In this document: positions 1-13,135 of the stretch, piece by piece
Position numbering within the stretch: the stretch's first letter is position 1
Layout of the letters: the number at the start of each line of letters is the position of its first letter
Source of the DNA: Octopus sinensis
Taxonomy: Eukaryota
Reading direction: 5' to 3'
NCBI RefSeq assembly: GCF_006345805.1
Contig: NC_042999.1
Span: forward strand, 16,616,001-16,680,000
Length of the DNA: 64,000 nt
The notes under the pieces: generated by a model
What the model saw: the letters and a program-made list of their open reading frames with translations, nothing else
Told to the model about the DNA's origin: nothing
Database searches by the model: none
Made by a program: the position numbers and the translations under genes

Positions 1-524
1 GTGAGAAATCCGACTGTGCGCGTATATTCTTGGCTTCTCTCTTTCAATCAGGAGAGGATTATGTGTAAGATATAAGAAAGATTAAGCAACATCAGTCACA
101 CGACAATTTATATACAAAAAAATTTATATATAAAACGTATTGCTTTCTGAAATATGATGCACTACTAATGGTGTTTAATAACGGTACAGTTGCTTTTACA
201 GAGGCAATACACAGACACATATATATATATATATATATTTCTGTGTTCACACACACACACACGTACACACACAAGCTAATAGAATTATAAATATTTTATA
301 TCTTTGCTTCGTCGTCATAATTTATCTCGCTATGCATACGTTAGTGGCTTTCTGTATGTCAGGTCGTTAACTTCTCTCGTTCTGATAATAACACAAATTC
401 ACATACGTACGGACATATGGGAAGACAATCTCTCTATACGACTGTGTACGCAGAAAAAGGACATAGATACAGACATATACAGTAACATAATCACACACAC
501 ATGAAACGCACAGTAGCATAAACA

Positions 525-902
525 CTGTAGCACTCCGTCGGTTGCGACGACGAGGGTTCCAGTTGATCCGTTCAACGCAACAGCCTGCTCGTGAAATTAC
601 CGTGCAAGTGGCAGAGTACTCCGCAGACACGTGTACCCTTAACGTAGTCCTCGGTGAGATTCAGCGTGACACAGAGTGTGACAAGGCTTGGCCCATTGAT
701 ATACATATACAACTGAAGCAGGAAGAAAGAATGAAAGTTATGGAGAAATAGTACAGCAGAATTCGCCACTACCCCATGCCGGAGCCTTGTGGAGTTTTAG
801 GTGCTTTCGCTCAATAAACACTCACAACGCCCGGTCTGGGATCGAAACCGCGATCCTACAACCGCCAGTCTGGTGCCCTAATCACTGGCTATTGCGTCTC
901 CA
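525..902 (-). mobile_element. tRNA-derived SINE, family C (head TGGCCCAGTGG...GGTTTCGATCCC, tail ending GTAACCGACGGAGTGC)
   Basis: Reverse complement of the copy at 58705-59090; Pol III A/B boxes on the minus strand. Confidence 0.85.
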
Positions 903-968
903 CAGCATAAGCATAATCACACACACATTTATACGTATGCAAATGCATCTTTATCCACACACATATTT

Positions 969-1012
<44 letters not shown>

Positions 1013-1013
<1 letters not shown>

Positions 1014-2150
1014 TGTGTCATCCCATGAATAATGCGTTTTTTTTATACTTCTTTTATTTTTCAAAATAAAGATACACAAAGTTCTTTTTTAATCTAAAAT
1101 ATACTCTCCTTCATTTCCTACAATACTCTTCCATCTATCTGGTAGATTTGCGAGGCCCCTTTTCCAAAATTCACTTGTCCGTGGCGAAAAATATTCTTCC
1201 AGTACTATTCTGACACCATTTTCCGTTCAAATGATTTTGAAGACTGCGGAATAAATGATATATCAGATGGGCAATGTCCGGCAAATATGATGGGTGGATC
1301 ATCGTTTCCCGTTCAAACTTCTCCAGCCTTTCGAATGTCATCCTTGCTGTATGTGGCTGAGCATTATCCTGATGGAAGAACACCTTCCATCTTGAAACCA
1401 AAGATGGTCGTTCTGTTTCCTAGCGCTGACTTAAGACACTCAAGCTGCTCGCAGATCTCCGTTGTCATAATTTGGTTTGGTTTTGAAAGCTCAAAAGTGG
1501 ACTAAACCTTTCGTATCTCACCAAACAGATAACACCTTACGTGGGTGAAGACCGTCTGTAGCCTGGGGAGCCGGCGTTTCTCCTTGCCATATCAATTTTT
1601 TCGGTGCTTGACATTTTTATAGAGAACCCATTTTTCGTCACCCGTCACTGTTCGGGCCAAAAAACTTTCATTCTTGAGACGTGACAGCAAAGAAGAGCAC
1701 ACATTCACCCTCTTCGCCTGATTAGACTCGGAAAGATTGTGAGGAACCCATGGATCAAATTTGCTGACTTTCCTGATGGCACGCAGCTGTCGATCAATGG
1801 CTGAATGACCAAACCGAAGTTTCTCTGCTATTTCCTCAATAGTTACGCTGAGATTTAGGTCTACCAGACTTTACAGGACGACCTCGTCAAGCTCTACAGA
1901 TCACCCAGGATCTTCTAGGCTGTAGTTTCTCTCTCGGAATTTCTGAAGCCACAGTTGACACTGGCTTACGTTTATTGACCGATTCCCATGTGCTGCACTA
2001 ATATTCCTCGCACTTTATGTTACGTTGTTGCCTTTATTGAACTCATAAAGTAAAACATGCCGAATATGCTCCTTTCTCACAAATTATAGCTTTGACAAAA
2101 TAACTGTTAAAATCGAACTGCACTCTTCAAAATTCTTCAAAACTTGCACT
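1013..2150 (-). mobile_element. Decayed mariner (D,D34D) transposon, 5' TIR lost
   Basis: Minus-strand motifs WVPH (~1750), VTGDEKWVLY (~1630), FHQDNAQPH and YHLFRSLQNHL; TIR TTGTGTCATCCCATGAATAATGCG after TA at 1011-1012; N-terminus matches the copy at 15041. Confidence 0.9.
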
Positions 2151-2669
2151 TGCAAACTTGCCTTGAAAATAATGTTCAGTTCGTTTAGGCAATGCTGGTG
2201 GTATATTCTCCACATCGTGCAAATCATGTACCGCTCGCGGCGGCGCTGGAGAGAGTCGAGTTTCAAGGCTTTAAGGCGATCCCAGTAATCGAAATCATTC
2301 ATGCCTTCAATCCGTTTAGTGAGTGCCCTCAGGGGTGATTCATTCTTCGAGATGTTTTGTTTTGTATGGAGAAACCACAAGGGGTAGCAGTATTCGAGTT
2401 GCCGTCGTACAAGGGAGAAAAGTGGAATGATGACACCTTGTTCTCTGGACCGGAAGGTTCTTAAGATCCAGGAGCTCATCCTACGAGCTATATCGACCTT
2501 ATTGTTGATGTGGGCACTCCAAGTGAGATTATCATCAACAATTACACCTAGGTTTCTGATATTATTAGATGCTGTGAGCAGTTCCCCTAAAGGAAGAGAG
2601 TATGGCTATTTTAGTATAGTCTTTCTTCCAAAATGCATCAGCTCAAATTTTCCCTCGTTTAGTTGCATA
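2151..2669 (-). mobile_element. CR1-clade LINE ORF2 fragment (post-RT region)
   Basis: Translates as MQLNEGKFELMHFG..RNLGVIVDDNLTWSAHINNKVDIARRMSSWILRTF..LEYCYPLW..YWDRLKALKLDSLQRRRERY; one in-frame stop. Confidence 0.85.
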
Positions 2670-2765
2670 TACACACATATATATATGTTTGCGAATACAC
2701 ACACATACACGCACATGTGTTATTGTGTGCATATATATATATATATATATATAATATCTGTGTGC

Positions 2766-2802
<37 letters not shown>

Positions 2803-3869
2803 CACACACAAATGTGCGTGTATGTGTGTGTATTTGCAAACGTATATACATATGTATATATATATATATATATTTATGTCTGTGTATATATATCTATGTA
2901 TTATGTTACAGTTAAATTGTTGAACTGTTAATATATGAGTAATAAATGTGATAGATGGTGTGTGCTGCTTTGTGTACATTACTGACATGTATTATACATA
3001 CAGCTAATGATAAATGTTCATTCGGCCGACGCATATCTAATTAAAATTCGTTCGGTTTCTTGTTTATGTTGCAATACAAAGCTGTTTGCTGATCTATGAA
3101 TTTATCTCTCACCATTCATGCCTCTCACTCTATCTCTCCTCCTCTCTCTCACCAATCAACTGTTGCTCCTCTCTGTGTATTCAACTCTCTCTCTTCCCCC
3201 CCTCTCTCTCTCTCTATATATATTTATTTAGTTTCCTTACATGCTCTCCTAATATAGCTACTTCCTTTACTGTCTTCCATACGTTCTCAGCTTCTTGAAG
3301 ATACGGGCCAGTTAGATTCTTCTCATGTTTCACACTGTACATACAAGAACGCTCATATACAAAGCCGTACAGTGATATATATATATATATACAGACTAAT
3401 GTTCACATTAATAATTATGTATACAACACACATCATATATCCAAACACACTCATACAACTAAATTCCTCTGTGTCAGTAAATAGTTATTTGTATTTGATA
3501 ATATATTTACAAGTGTGTATTGGCAAATACGCCATATATCATATATCGTACATACACACCTGCATACGTACATACGTACATACCTGCATACATACATTCA
3601 CACACACACACACACACCCGCGTATCTTTTCACCGTTTACTTGTTCCAGTCATTAGACTGCAGCCATGCTGCGGTACCGCCTTGAGGAATATATATATAT
3701 ATATATATATATATAATACAATATTTAATTTTATTGCATTGCATTAAACACTTGTGTATTAATACCAACACATATTACATAATATTTCCTTAGTGTTGGA
3801 TCCACAACCCCTAAATTTTCTTGGTATATATATATTATTAATATATATATATAATATATATTATATAAC

Positions 3870-3920
<51 letters not shown>

Positions 3921-3930
3921 CATATATATA

Positions 3931-4245
3931 ATACATGTATATAAATTAGAGCGAAGAACCACCATGAAGCAATTCAACAATGATATACTTATATTATACC
4001 ATTGCGATAAACATTTACCTAAAACTAAATAAAGTACTAAATAATAAATAAATACTAAATAATTATATACTATTTATTTATTATATTATATACTAATTAT
4101 ATACTATTTATTTATTATTTAGTATTTTATCTAGTTCTAGGTAAATGTTTTACCGTATCATTAATTTTTTTCTATATGGTATGATATAATTATATCTTTG
4201 TTGAATTGCTACATAGTGGTTCTTCTCTAATTTATATACATGTAT
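3931..4245. repeat. AT-rich fold-back (inverted arms of about 120 bp)
   Basis: ATACATGTATATAAATTAGAGCGAAGAACC... is the reverse complement of ...GGTTCTTCTCTAATTTATATACATGTAT. Confidence 0.8.
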
Positions 4246-4315
4246 TATATATCGTGAAATTTGATTTAGTATTACTAAATTGAATTTTTCCTTGTAAGTT
4301 TGGAATTATATTCCC

Positions 4316-4470
4316 TATTCTTCTTCTTCTTCTTCTTCTTCTTCTTCTTCTTCTTCTTCTCTTCTTCTTCTTCTTCTTCTTCTTCTTCCCCTCCTCCTCT
4401 CCTCCTCCCCTTCCCCTCCTCCTTCTTCTTCTTCTTTTTCGTCTTCTTCTTTTTCGTCTTCTTCTTCGTC
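4316..4470. repeat. (TTC)n/(CTC)n microsatellite
   Basis: Seen directly. Confidence 0.95.
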
Positions 4471-4504
4471 TTTATATATATATGTATATATATATATATA
4501 CGCT

Positions 4505-4736
4505 TACTCTTTTTACTCTTTTACTTGTTTCAGTCATTTGACTGCGGTCATACTGGAGCACCGCCTTTAGTCGAGCAAATCGACCCCGGGACTTATTCTT
4601 TGTAAGCCCAGTACTTATTCTATCGGTCTCTTTTGCCGAACCGCTAAGTGACGGGGACGTAAACACACCAGCATCGGTTGTCAAGCAATGCTAGGGGAAC
4701 AAACACACACACACAAACACACACACATACATACAC

Positions 4737-4778
<42 letters not shown>

Positions 4779-4913
4779 CAGGCTTCTTTCAGTTTCCGTC
4801 TACCAAATCCACTCACAAGGCATTGGTCGGCCCAAGGCTATAGCAGAAGACACTTGCCCAAGATGCCACACAGTGGGACTGAACCCGGAACCATGTGGTT
4901 GGTTAGCAAGCTA
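4505..4913 (-). mobile_element. SINE family A (tRNA head, CORE-like CCTTGGGCAAGTG, internal (TA)n, CR1-like tail), 5' truncated
   Basis: Reverse complement of the 5836-6248 consensus. Confidence 0.9.
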
Positions 4914-5384
4914 CGTGTGTATGTATGTTTGAGGCGTTTATCTCCGCTGATATTCGTAAAAAAACGTTGAGTGCTGAAATGAAATTATAATTTTGTATCC
5001 ACAAACTAATAAGCTATGTGCTTGCATGTGTATTGTATGTGTTTGCGTGCGTGTGTGTGATTTTCACGTGTGTGCTTACTTGTATATGGAGCATTGCTGA
5101 ATCATTTATAGTCACGCTTCTTGGTCACGTGGGTTAGATTTCGAACCCATTTGCGTTTCATTTTTGCGCAACTAAATTTATATCTGCAGTTGCGTTCATC
5201 TCTGGATGTTGTGATAGGAAGTGGGGAGACAGAAAGTGTGTGAGAGTATCTGGAATGAATTCTACCTTCTGATTCACCTGCGAACATTTGTTACCGTGTA
5301 TCACGTTGATTCCACTTGAAATCTACGTTCCGGGTGAACTATGGAACAATTGAAAACACATGCGCTAGAATCCCAACAAAGATT

Positions 5385-5800
5385 TTATATATACATACAT
5401 GCAATCATACATGCATACATACATACATACATACATACATACATACTTGCATGCATACATACATACATACATACATACATACATACATACATACATACAT
5501 GCAATCATACTACATACATACACACATGCATACATACATACATACTTGCATGCATACATACATACATACATACATACATACATACATGCAATCATACACA
5601 AACATACACACATGCATACATACATACTACATGCAATCATACCTCATAATACACACTGCATACATACATACATACATCATACATACATACATACATACAT
5701 ACACACATGCATACATACATACATACATACATACATACATACATACATACTTGCATACATACTACATACATAACATACATACATACATGCTACATATATA
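5385..5800. repeat. (TACA)n microsatellite array
   Basis: Seen directly; source of the HTYI/MYVC pseudo-ORFs. Confidence 0.95.
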
Positions 5801-5835
5801 TAATATATATATATAATATATTATATATATATATT

Positions 5836-6245
5836 AGGTGCAGAAGTGGCTGTGTGGTAGATGCTTGGTTACCAGCCACGGTTCCAGGTTCAGTCCCACT
5901 GCGTGGCATCTTGCGCAAGTGTCTTCTATTATAGCCTCGGGCCGACCAAAGCCTTGTGAGTGGATTTGGTAGAGGGAAACTGAAAGAAGCCCGTCGTATA
6001 TATGAATATATATATATATATATGCATGTGTGTGTTTGTGTGAGTGTGTTTGTCCCCCTAGCATTGCTTGACAACCGATGCTGGTGTGTTTATGTCCCCG
6101 TTACTTAGCGGTTCGGCAAAAGAGACCGATAGAATAAGTACTGGGCTTACAAAAGAATAAGTACCGGGGTCGAGTTGCTCGATTAAAGGCGGTGCTCCAG
6201 CATGGCCGCAGTCAAATGACTGAAACAAGTAAAAGAGTAAAAGAG

Positions 6246-6248
<3 letters not shown>
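5836..6248 (+). mobile_element. SINE family A, full length
   Basis: A box TGGCTGTGTGG, B box GGTTCAGTCCC, internal (TA)n(GT)n, tail GGCGGTGCTCCAGCATGGCCGCAGTCAAATGACTGAAACAAGTAAAAGAGTAAAAGAG. Confidence 0.9.
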
Positions 6249-6287
<39 letters not shown>

Positions 6288-6380
6288 CATAAATATAAGT
6301 ACACACACACATATATACTATATACATATGTGTGTGTGTGTGAGTGTATAGAGAGGAGTGAAAGAAGATATATATATATA

Positions 6381-6684
6381 TTTTTTTTTCTCTAGTTTCA
6401 GCTCGGAGCTGCGGCCATGCTGATGCACCGCCGTTTTGTGCTACACTGTTATTGCGAAGAACCTCGTCTAATATGTGGCACTTGGTGAAGAACGGCGTTT
6501 GATAAAGCTACTTTCATTTGCACCTCTTGCCGTGAGGTAGGTTCATCTGGGACTCTCGACAGGAAGATGTCCAGCTTTGATTTAAAAACCGCTACATCTA
6601 CTTTGTGCAAGTTCCTCAGACTCTTTGGGAGAACATTAAAAAGCTGTGGGCCCTTGAAACCCAGGCTGTTGCAGAAGCTGGTCC
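6381..6684 (-). mobile_element. CR1-clade LINE 3' end (ORF2 C-terminus and 3' UTR)
   Basis: Translates as SFCNSLGFKGPQLFNVLPKSLRNLHKVDVAVFKSKLDIFLSRVPDEPTSRQEV..SNAVLHQ; UTR GGCGGTGCATCAGCATGGCCGCAGCTCCGAGCTGAAACTAGAG then A-rich. Confidence 0.88.
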
Positions 6685-7029
6685 TATATATATATATATA
6701 GATATATATATATATATATATATAATAGATATATATATATATATCCTCTTTCTCTCTATATAAATATAAATATTAAGCTATAAATATTAGAATTAATTAT
6801 AGGAAATGGTTTAATATATACAGACCTATTAGATAAACTAACTATATTATTAGTATATATGCAGTATGTATAGATTTAATATTTTACTCAATTATATAGT
6901 TGACCAAAATATCAATTAATATTAAACTAATTTTTCTAAATGGTATAATATAATTTTTCATTATTGGATTGATAAATAATTTCTAAATAATGTTTCATTA
7001 CTGAATTGATAAAAGGTGTTTTTTTTCTA

Positions 7030-7104
<75 letters not shown>

Positions 7105-7589
7105 GCGTGTGTGTGTGTGTGTGCGTGTGTGTGTATGTATGTATGTATATGTATATAAATATGCATAACGTGCATGGGTTAGAGCGTCGGACTCACAAAC
7201 ATGATGTATTTAGTTCTTTTTCCGGATCGGGGTGTGCATTGGCCTTTGATTTTTCCTTAGATAAAGTTAGTGGCATGGAGAGGGGAACCTGGTGTGCATA
7301 GGCGACTGCTGGTCTTCTATAAACAACCTGGCCCGGATTGTGCCTCGAAGGTCATAACACTCCATGTGTAATTTCATGTTCATTTAACCGATATATAAGA
7401 ATTACAATAAAAACTAAAATTAGGAAATCAAATATTTTAAAAAATACTCACAGAGAGATATAAATTCGATTTAAAATGCATATATATATCAATATATATC
7501 CCACATTGTTTCTATTTACATGTATTTGTATGTATATTTATATATATTAATATTAAAAAAAATATTCCATATATGTCTATATGTATTAA

Positions 7590-7775
7590 TGGAAGCGCAA
7601 TGGCCCAGTGGTTAGGGCTGCGGACTCACGGTTGTCCGATCGCGGTTTCGATTCCCAGACCGGGCATTGTAAGTGTTTATTGAGCGAAAATACTTAAAGC
7701 TGCACAAGGCTCCGGCAGGGAGACGGTGGTGAACACTGTTGTACTAGTTCACCACAAGTTTCTTTCACTCCTTCT
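7590..7775 (+). mobile_element. SINE family C, head and body
   Basis: GGAAGCGCAATGGCCCAGTGGTTAGGGCTGCGGACTC...GGTTTCGATTCCCAGACC. Confidence 0.85.
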
Positions 7776-7810
<35 letters not shown>

Positions 7811-7870
7811 TACATATATAAATACACACACATACACACACACACACTCACACACACACACACACTCACT

Positions 7871-7919
<49 letters not shown>

Positions 7920-7929
7920 ACACACACAT

Positions 7930-8520
7930 ATTTTGATTCAGGTGAATTAGGTACTTAAATGGAGGCACAAGAATTTTGTACGGTATTATCCATACAATTT
8001 CAAAATAAGGTGAATAAAATCATAATAAGCAACAAGGATATCCAGAGGTAATGCAGTACGATCGTTTCCAGCAACTCCATTTAATTGAAAAATGCAATCA
8101 TTATATCAATTTAAATGCAGAGGAATCGTCAGCTGCATAAAGACATAGAATTTACTTAAATGAAAACAGATGGACACATTAGTATAATTTTACCTCCAAT
8201 CTCCAGGGCGGTAAGGAGATAGACTAAGAACATCTGTCTTCACTTCAGCATAGTACTTACTAAGGTATTAGGAAGAAAGACTTGTCAGAAATCCAGCTTG
8301 TCACTGTTTTATGGGGTCAGTTTTAATTTATAGACTTGTTTATCAATTCTTTGTATATCAGAATTTAAGGCCAAAAAACAAGGAGCAATATATGTTAGGA
8401 AGGGGAATGATGGAGTCGACAGAAATCATAGTGGGTATGGTCATAAAGCTATCAAGATTAATTTCATACAATATAATGAGATTTGGTAAGGAAGTCTTAA
8501 ATCAAGAAGTTAGCTGACAT
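7930..8520 (-). mobile_element. Probable Penelope-like terminal (pLTR) fragment
   Basis: Carries a minimal HHR (8051-8138) and lies next to (TA)n/(CA)n; no convincing ORF; boundaries uncertain. Confidence 0.5.
8051..8138 (-). ncRNA. Type I minimal hammerhead ribozyme
   Basis: Minus strand reads AUGCAG-CUGACGA-[long stem II]-GAAAC-GAUC-GUA^CUGCAU; 6-bp stem I; palindromic GAUC loop III; stem II base poorly paired. Confidence 0.75.
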
Positions 8521-8599
8521 TTAAAGGTGCCACGCTGTGGGACTGAACGCGGAAACAACCTTTTCACCACACAGCCTCTCTTGCGTCTATATATATATC

Positions 8600-8875
8600 T
8601 ATCATCGTGATCACCGTGACCGACGAGGCTATGAGATGTTGCTACACATCGCTGGTCACAATGCGTTTTGCATTGTTTTAGCCTTCAAACGACGCCAACA
8701 GAAGAAAGAGTGAGAGAAATTTGTGGCGAAAGAGTACAGCAGGGATCGCCCCCACCCTGCCGGAGCCTCGTGGAGCTTTAGGTGTTTTTGTCAATAAACA
8801 CTCACAACGCTCGGTCTGGGAATCGAAACTTCGATTCTACAACCGCGAGTCCTCTGCCCTAACCACTGGGCCATA
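8600..8875 (-). mobile_element. SINE family C head with an alternative tail (TTGTGACCAGCGATGTGTAGCAACATC...)
   Basis: Head matches family C; tail resembles 23700-23780. Confidence 0.75.
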
Positions 8876-8911
<36 letters not shown>

Positions 8912-9149
8912 TGTATGTATGTATGTATATGTACATATAAACACGAAGTTGTAAGAATATAAAATACAAATTCTATAAATCACTTCCATGCCAAAGTTAT
9001 TTCGTCTCTTATTGATTTTGGAGCAAAAACAAAAGTGTCTTACTGATTTCTTGTTTTGTGGAAAATATTAAATTTTCTGCAAGTCACACCCTATCACCTT
9101 AGAGCGAGTGAGGTATATCAGATAAAATTTTCAAATATTTGTTCAATTA

Positions 9150-9340
9150 CGGGATTTTACGAGAGCGTAGTCCCATTAAATCGACCCAACCGGTACTTAT
9201 CTGATCGATCCAGATAGAATGAAAAAGCAAAGACGACCTCGGTCGGATTTCAGATTAGAACGTAAACAAACAAAAAAAAAAGAAATTCTTCTAAGCATTT
9301 TGTCCGACACGCTTCTGATTCTGCCAGAACATCGCCCTAC
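9150..9340 (-). mobile_element. SINE family B (core GCCTTTCATCCTTTCGGGGTCGATAAATTAAGTACCAG, Nin/Deu-like), degenerate
   Basis: Matches the reverse complement of 41850-42090. Confidence 0.7.
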
Positions 9341-11339
9341 GAAAGTACATTAGCTAATAAAGTTGTTCATACATGATGTGCGACAAAAGACGGTGTGGTT
9401 ACGGATGGAAGGCTTTTGATGAAAAGCTCCGTTCGAACAGGATTTACCCTAACTATAACAGCGTGCACGCTGAAGTCAATGCCTGACTAAAAAACTACAG
9501 ATTTTTTCCCTCTATCAGTCACATATATGCATACATACACCAAGAGTTGTATAACAACTAATCTATTAATGGGCTTACTATCAGCTGTATGTATATATGT
9601 ATGTATGTATGTATGTATTATGTATATAGATGTATTTTATCTATATTCCTCTCTCCCTTTCTCATACACACACATATACGCATACACAGCCTCCACACAT
9701 ATAAGTATACTGATACACTCGAACACATCCGTATTCAAATAACGTACCCGCCTTTCTCATTCAGTCTCTCTTTATATATACGCAAAGGTGTATGTCCGTA
9801 TGTGTATGTTTATATGTATATACGAGTTAGAAAGAGATAAACGCATATAGAGAAGACAGAATGTGTGAGAGAGAGAGAGAGAGAGAGAGCGAGAAGGAGG
9901 GAGACCAAGAGAAGTGTGAAGGTTATGTGTAGAGGCATACATCAAACGGAAATCGTACGATGCCATGTCACTTTATGTTCGTATATTTTTCCTCTTTTGA
10001 GTACAATTTTCTACCAAAGATAATATATGGGTGTTTTGGAAAGCATTTTACATAGTTTCTATCTATTTTTATATTAATTCAAGCATCAAATTAAAGGTTT
10101 TCTTTGATTGTTTAGCCCATAGTCTCATTTAGAGCTATAAGAACAGACGCTACATATTTACCGTTTGATGGAGTTATTTTCTTAAGCACGACGATCAAAA
10201 ATACGCGATCGTTAAAGGCGTTATACCTAAAGCTGATTTATGTCGACCTTTCGTCTTAATGTAGGTGAGGTTGCAGCAATATCCCATATTTGTTGAACAG
10301 ATCTCCGCCATTGCTTTATAGAAAATAATGCGTTACGAATCGTAATTCTTTTCTCAAACTCTTCTGCTTAGAGGTCATCCACCATCTTGAATTTTATCAG
10401 TAACAACAGCTTGGTTTAATAGTTGAAAAGATATTACGAAGGAATAAAACTCTTTCATGTCCTCCCGAGTGTTTTACTTCTTAACGTGTTTTTCATGTTT
10501 ATTTGGGCAAGAATAAAAAAAAAGATATACTAAAATGCAACAATAAACAAGAAAAGCACCATTTATCACATTATCGACAGCAAGAGGATTTCATTTAAGA
10601 CGTAGGTGATATTTTGATTTCGATTTTATGAGAAGACTTGGTCGCATATTGACTCGAGTCCCCCGCTCCACAGTTTCGATTCTGGAATGAAGGCGATGGA
10701 CTTCATTATAAGTTATTAATGCCTTTGATGAAAATATAAACAATTATATATATTTTTTCTCCATTGTAATTGCGTTCTACTTTCTACATAAGAAATTCAT
10801 CCCAAGACTCACAGTAATTTTCTGCAGAAAATATTTACCTGAATAAATTCATACATTTTTATTCCATAAAGGATTTTTGCATTTGCGTCCATTCTTAATT
10901 TAAAAATAATAATGAAAGAACATAATCATGTGATCTTCATTCAGTCTGTGATTGCTGCTTTGATTCTAACATCAGATTCCATATTGTAATCTGAATTAAT
11001 GTGGAAGAAATTCTTATACAGGAACATATTATAATCTTTAATTCATTCATATACTATGCGTGCTATGGTGGTCAGATTTTATAGAGGTGGCAATCACTTT
11101 TAGGCTATGGAAAGGCGAACTTGGAATTTTAAATTTTAAACAAAAGATAGAATCTTAAACAAAGGATAAACAAAGGATTTTAAACAAAGGAATTTGAAAT
11201 TTTAAACAAAGGATAGTAAACAAGGTGCACCGAGTACACACATTTAATATTTCGTTTCCGTCACACATTATAAAGAAATGTCCATGTTATTTTGCGTTTG
11301 GATTATTTTCATTCTTACATATGGTTTCAAATTTTGTCA

Positions 11340-11535
11340 AAAATCTAGGAATTTCGGGGGAGAGGGTACGTCGACTACAGCAACCCCCCAGTACTCAAGT
11401 GGTACTAATTTTATCGATCTTGACAGATGAAAGGCAAAGTCGACACCTGCGGCTTTTGAACTCAGAATGTACAGACATACAAAATGTCGCTAAGCATTTT
11501 GCCTGACGCGCTAACGATTCTGTCAGGTTATTGCT
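11340..11535 (-). mobile_element. SINE family B
   Basis: GATGAAAGGCAAAGTCGAC...GAACTCAGAATGT...GCTAAGCATTTTGCC. Confidence 0.8.
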
Positions 11536-11791
11536 TTTTTTCTTCCTTATATTTAATAAAGGGTATCTTTCCAGAAAAAGAATTGAAGCATTTAAAAAGC
11601 ATCTAAATAATACAATATCTTAACTTATTGGCACCACATTCTCACCTACATTGCTTAAAGGCATTTTAAAACATGTATGTTAGTATTTGTCCTGGTTTGA
11701 TAAGGAAACCCTTATAAAAGATACTCAAAGACACAAACAAAATTGTGAGGACTCAAAACGTCGTTAACATAAAAAAAAAATGAAGTAAATA

Positions 11792-11935
11792 TATTCTGTT
11801 GTCTGGGGAGAGTCATATTCTTTTTGTGCCTTATAATGTAACACACTCACCGGTAAAATTTCCCCTTATTCCTTATTTTTATTTTCCTAAAATTTTCTTT
11901 GCATCATGCAACCTTTTCAATGGTCTTGACTATAA
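11792..11935. mobile_element. Half copy of the fold-back MITE seen complete at 57532-57906
   Basis: TATTCTGTTGTCTGGGGAGAGTC...ACACTCACCGGTAAAATTTCC shared with that copy. Confidence 0.75.
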
Positions 11936-12483
11936 AACATCTGAATCTTAACTACTATAGATCTTAACTATTATAGGATATTTTATATGTGTTATGTTTT
12001 ATGAATAATATTTCAACTATTATAAGATATAACATTTTATATGAGTAAATGAAATGAAGTAAACACAAAAAAGAACAAACTAACAATTTGCAGTTTATAT
12101 AAATATAATCTTGATAAGAAAATTATCGTTTATAAAGAAATTTAAAACATTTCGTAATATATAACAGCTGCACTTAATTACTGAACGTAACTAATTCTAG
12201 AAGTAATACTATCGTTTAATATTTGATTTTAATTAATTTACGTGGTATAGACAGACGAGCTCTTAGTACATTATTTCAGACGAAAGACAGAGAATGAATA
12301 TATAAATATATAAATAATCCAAGCATGTTTATGCTGCATGGTTTTATAATGTGATGTTTAAACAATGTAGTTGGTAGTTTTCGAAGTAATTAAGTGGAAC
12401 ACACACACATGTATATATAGTTTCCACCCTCGCTCAAGTTAAATTTATATATTTGAGCAATAATTCAGCTTATATGTATTTAT

Positions 12484-12683
12484 AGGTGCAGGAGTGGCTG
12501 TATGGTAAGTAGCTTGCTTACCAACCACATGGTTCCGGGTTCAGTCCCACTGCGTGACACCTTGGGCAAATGTCTTCTATTATATCCTCGGGCCGACCAA
12601 GCCTTGTGAGTGGAGTTGGTAGACGGAAATTGAAAGAAGCCCGTCGTATATATGTATATCATATATATAATATATATATATAG

Positions 12684-12771
<88 letters not shown>

Positions 12772-12990
12772 GCGCGTGTGTGTTTGTGTGTCTGTGTTTG
12801 TCCCCCTAGCATTGTTTGACAACCGATGCTGGTGTATTTATGTCCCCGTTACTTAGCGGTTCGGCAAAAGAGTCCGATAGAATAAGTACTGGGCTTACAA
12901 AGAATAAGTCCCGGGGTCGAGTTGCTCGATTAAAGGTGGTGCTCTAGCATGGCCGCAGTGAAATAACTGAAACAAGTAAAAGAATAAAAA
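12484..12990 (+). mobile_element. SINE family A
   Basis: Full head, internal (TA)n and tail. Confidence 0.9.
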
Positions 12991-12994
12991 AAAA

Positions 12995-13066
<72 letters not shown>

Positions 13067-13135
13067 ATATAGTTTCCACCCACACTCAATTTAAATATAT
13101 ATATTTGAGCAATAATTTAGCTTATATGTATATAT

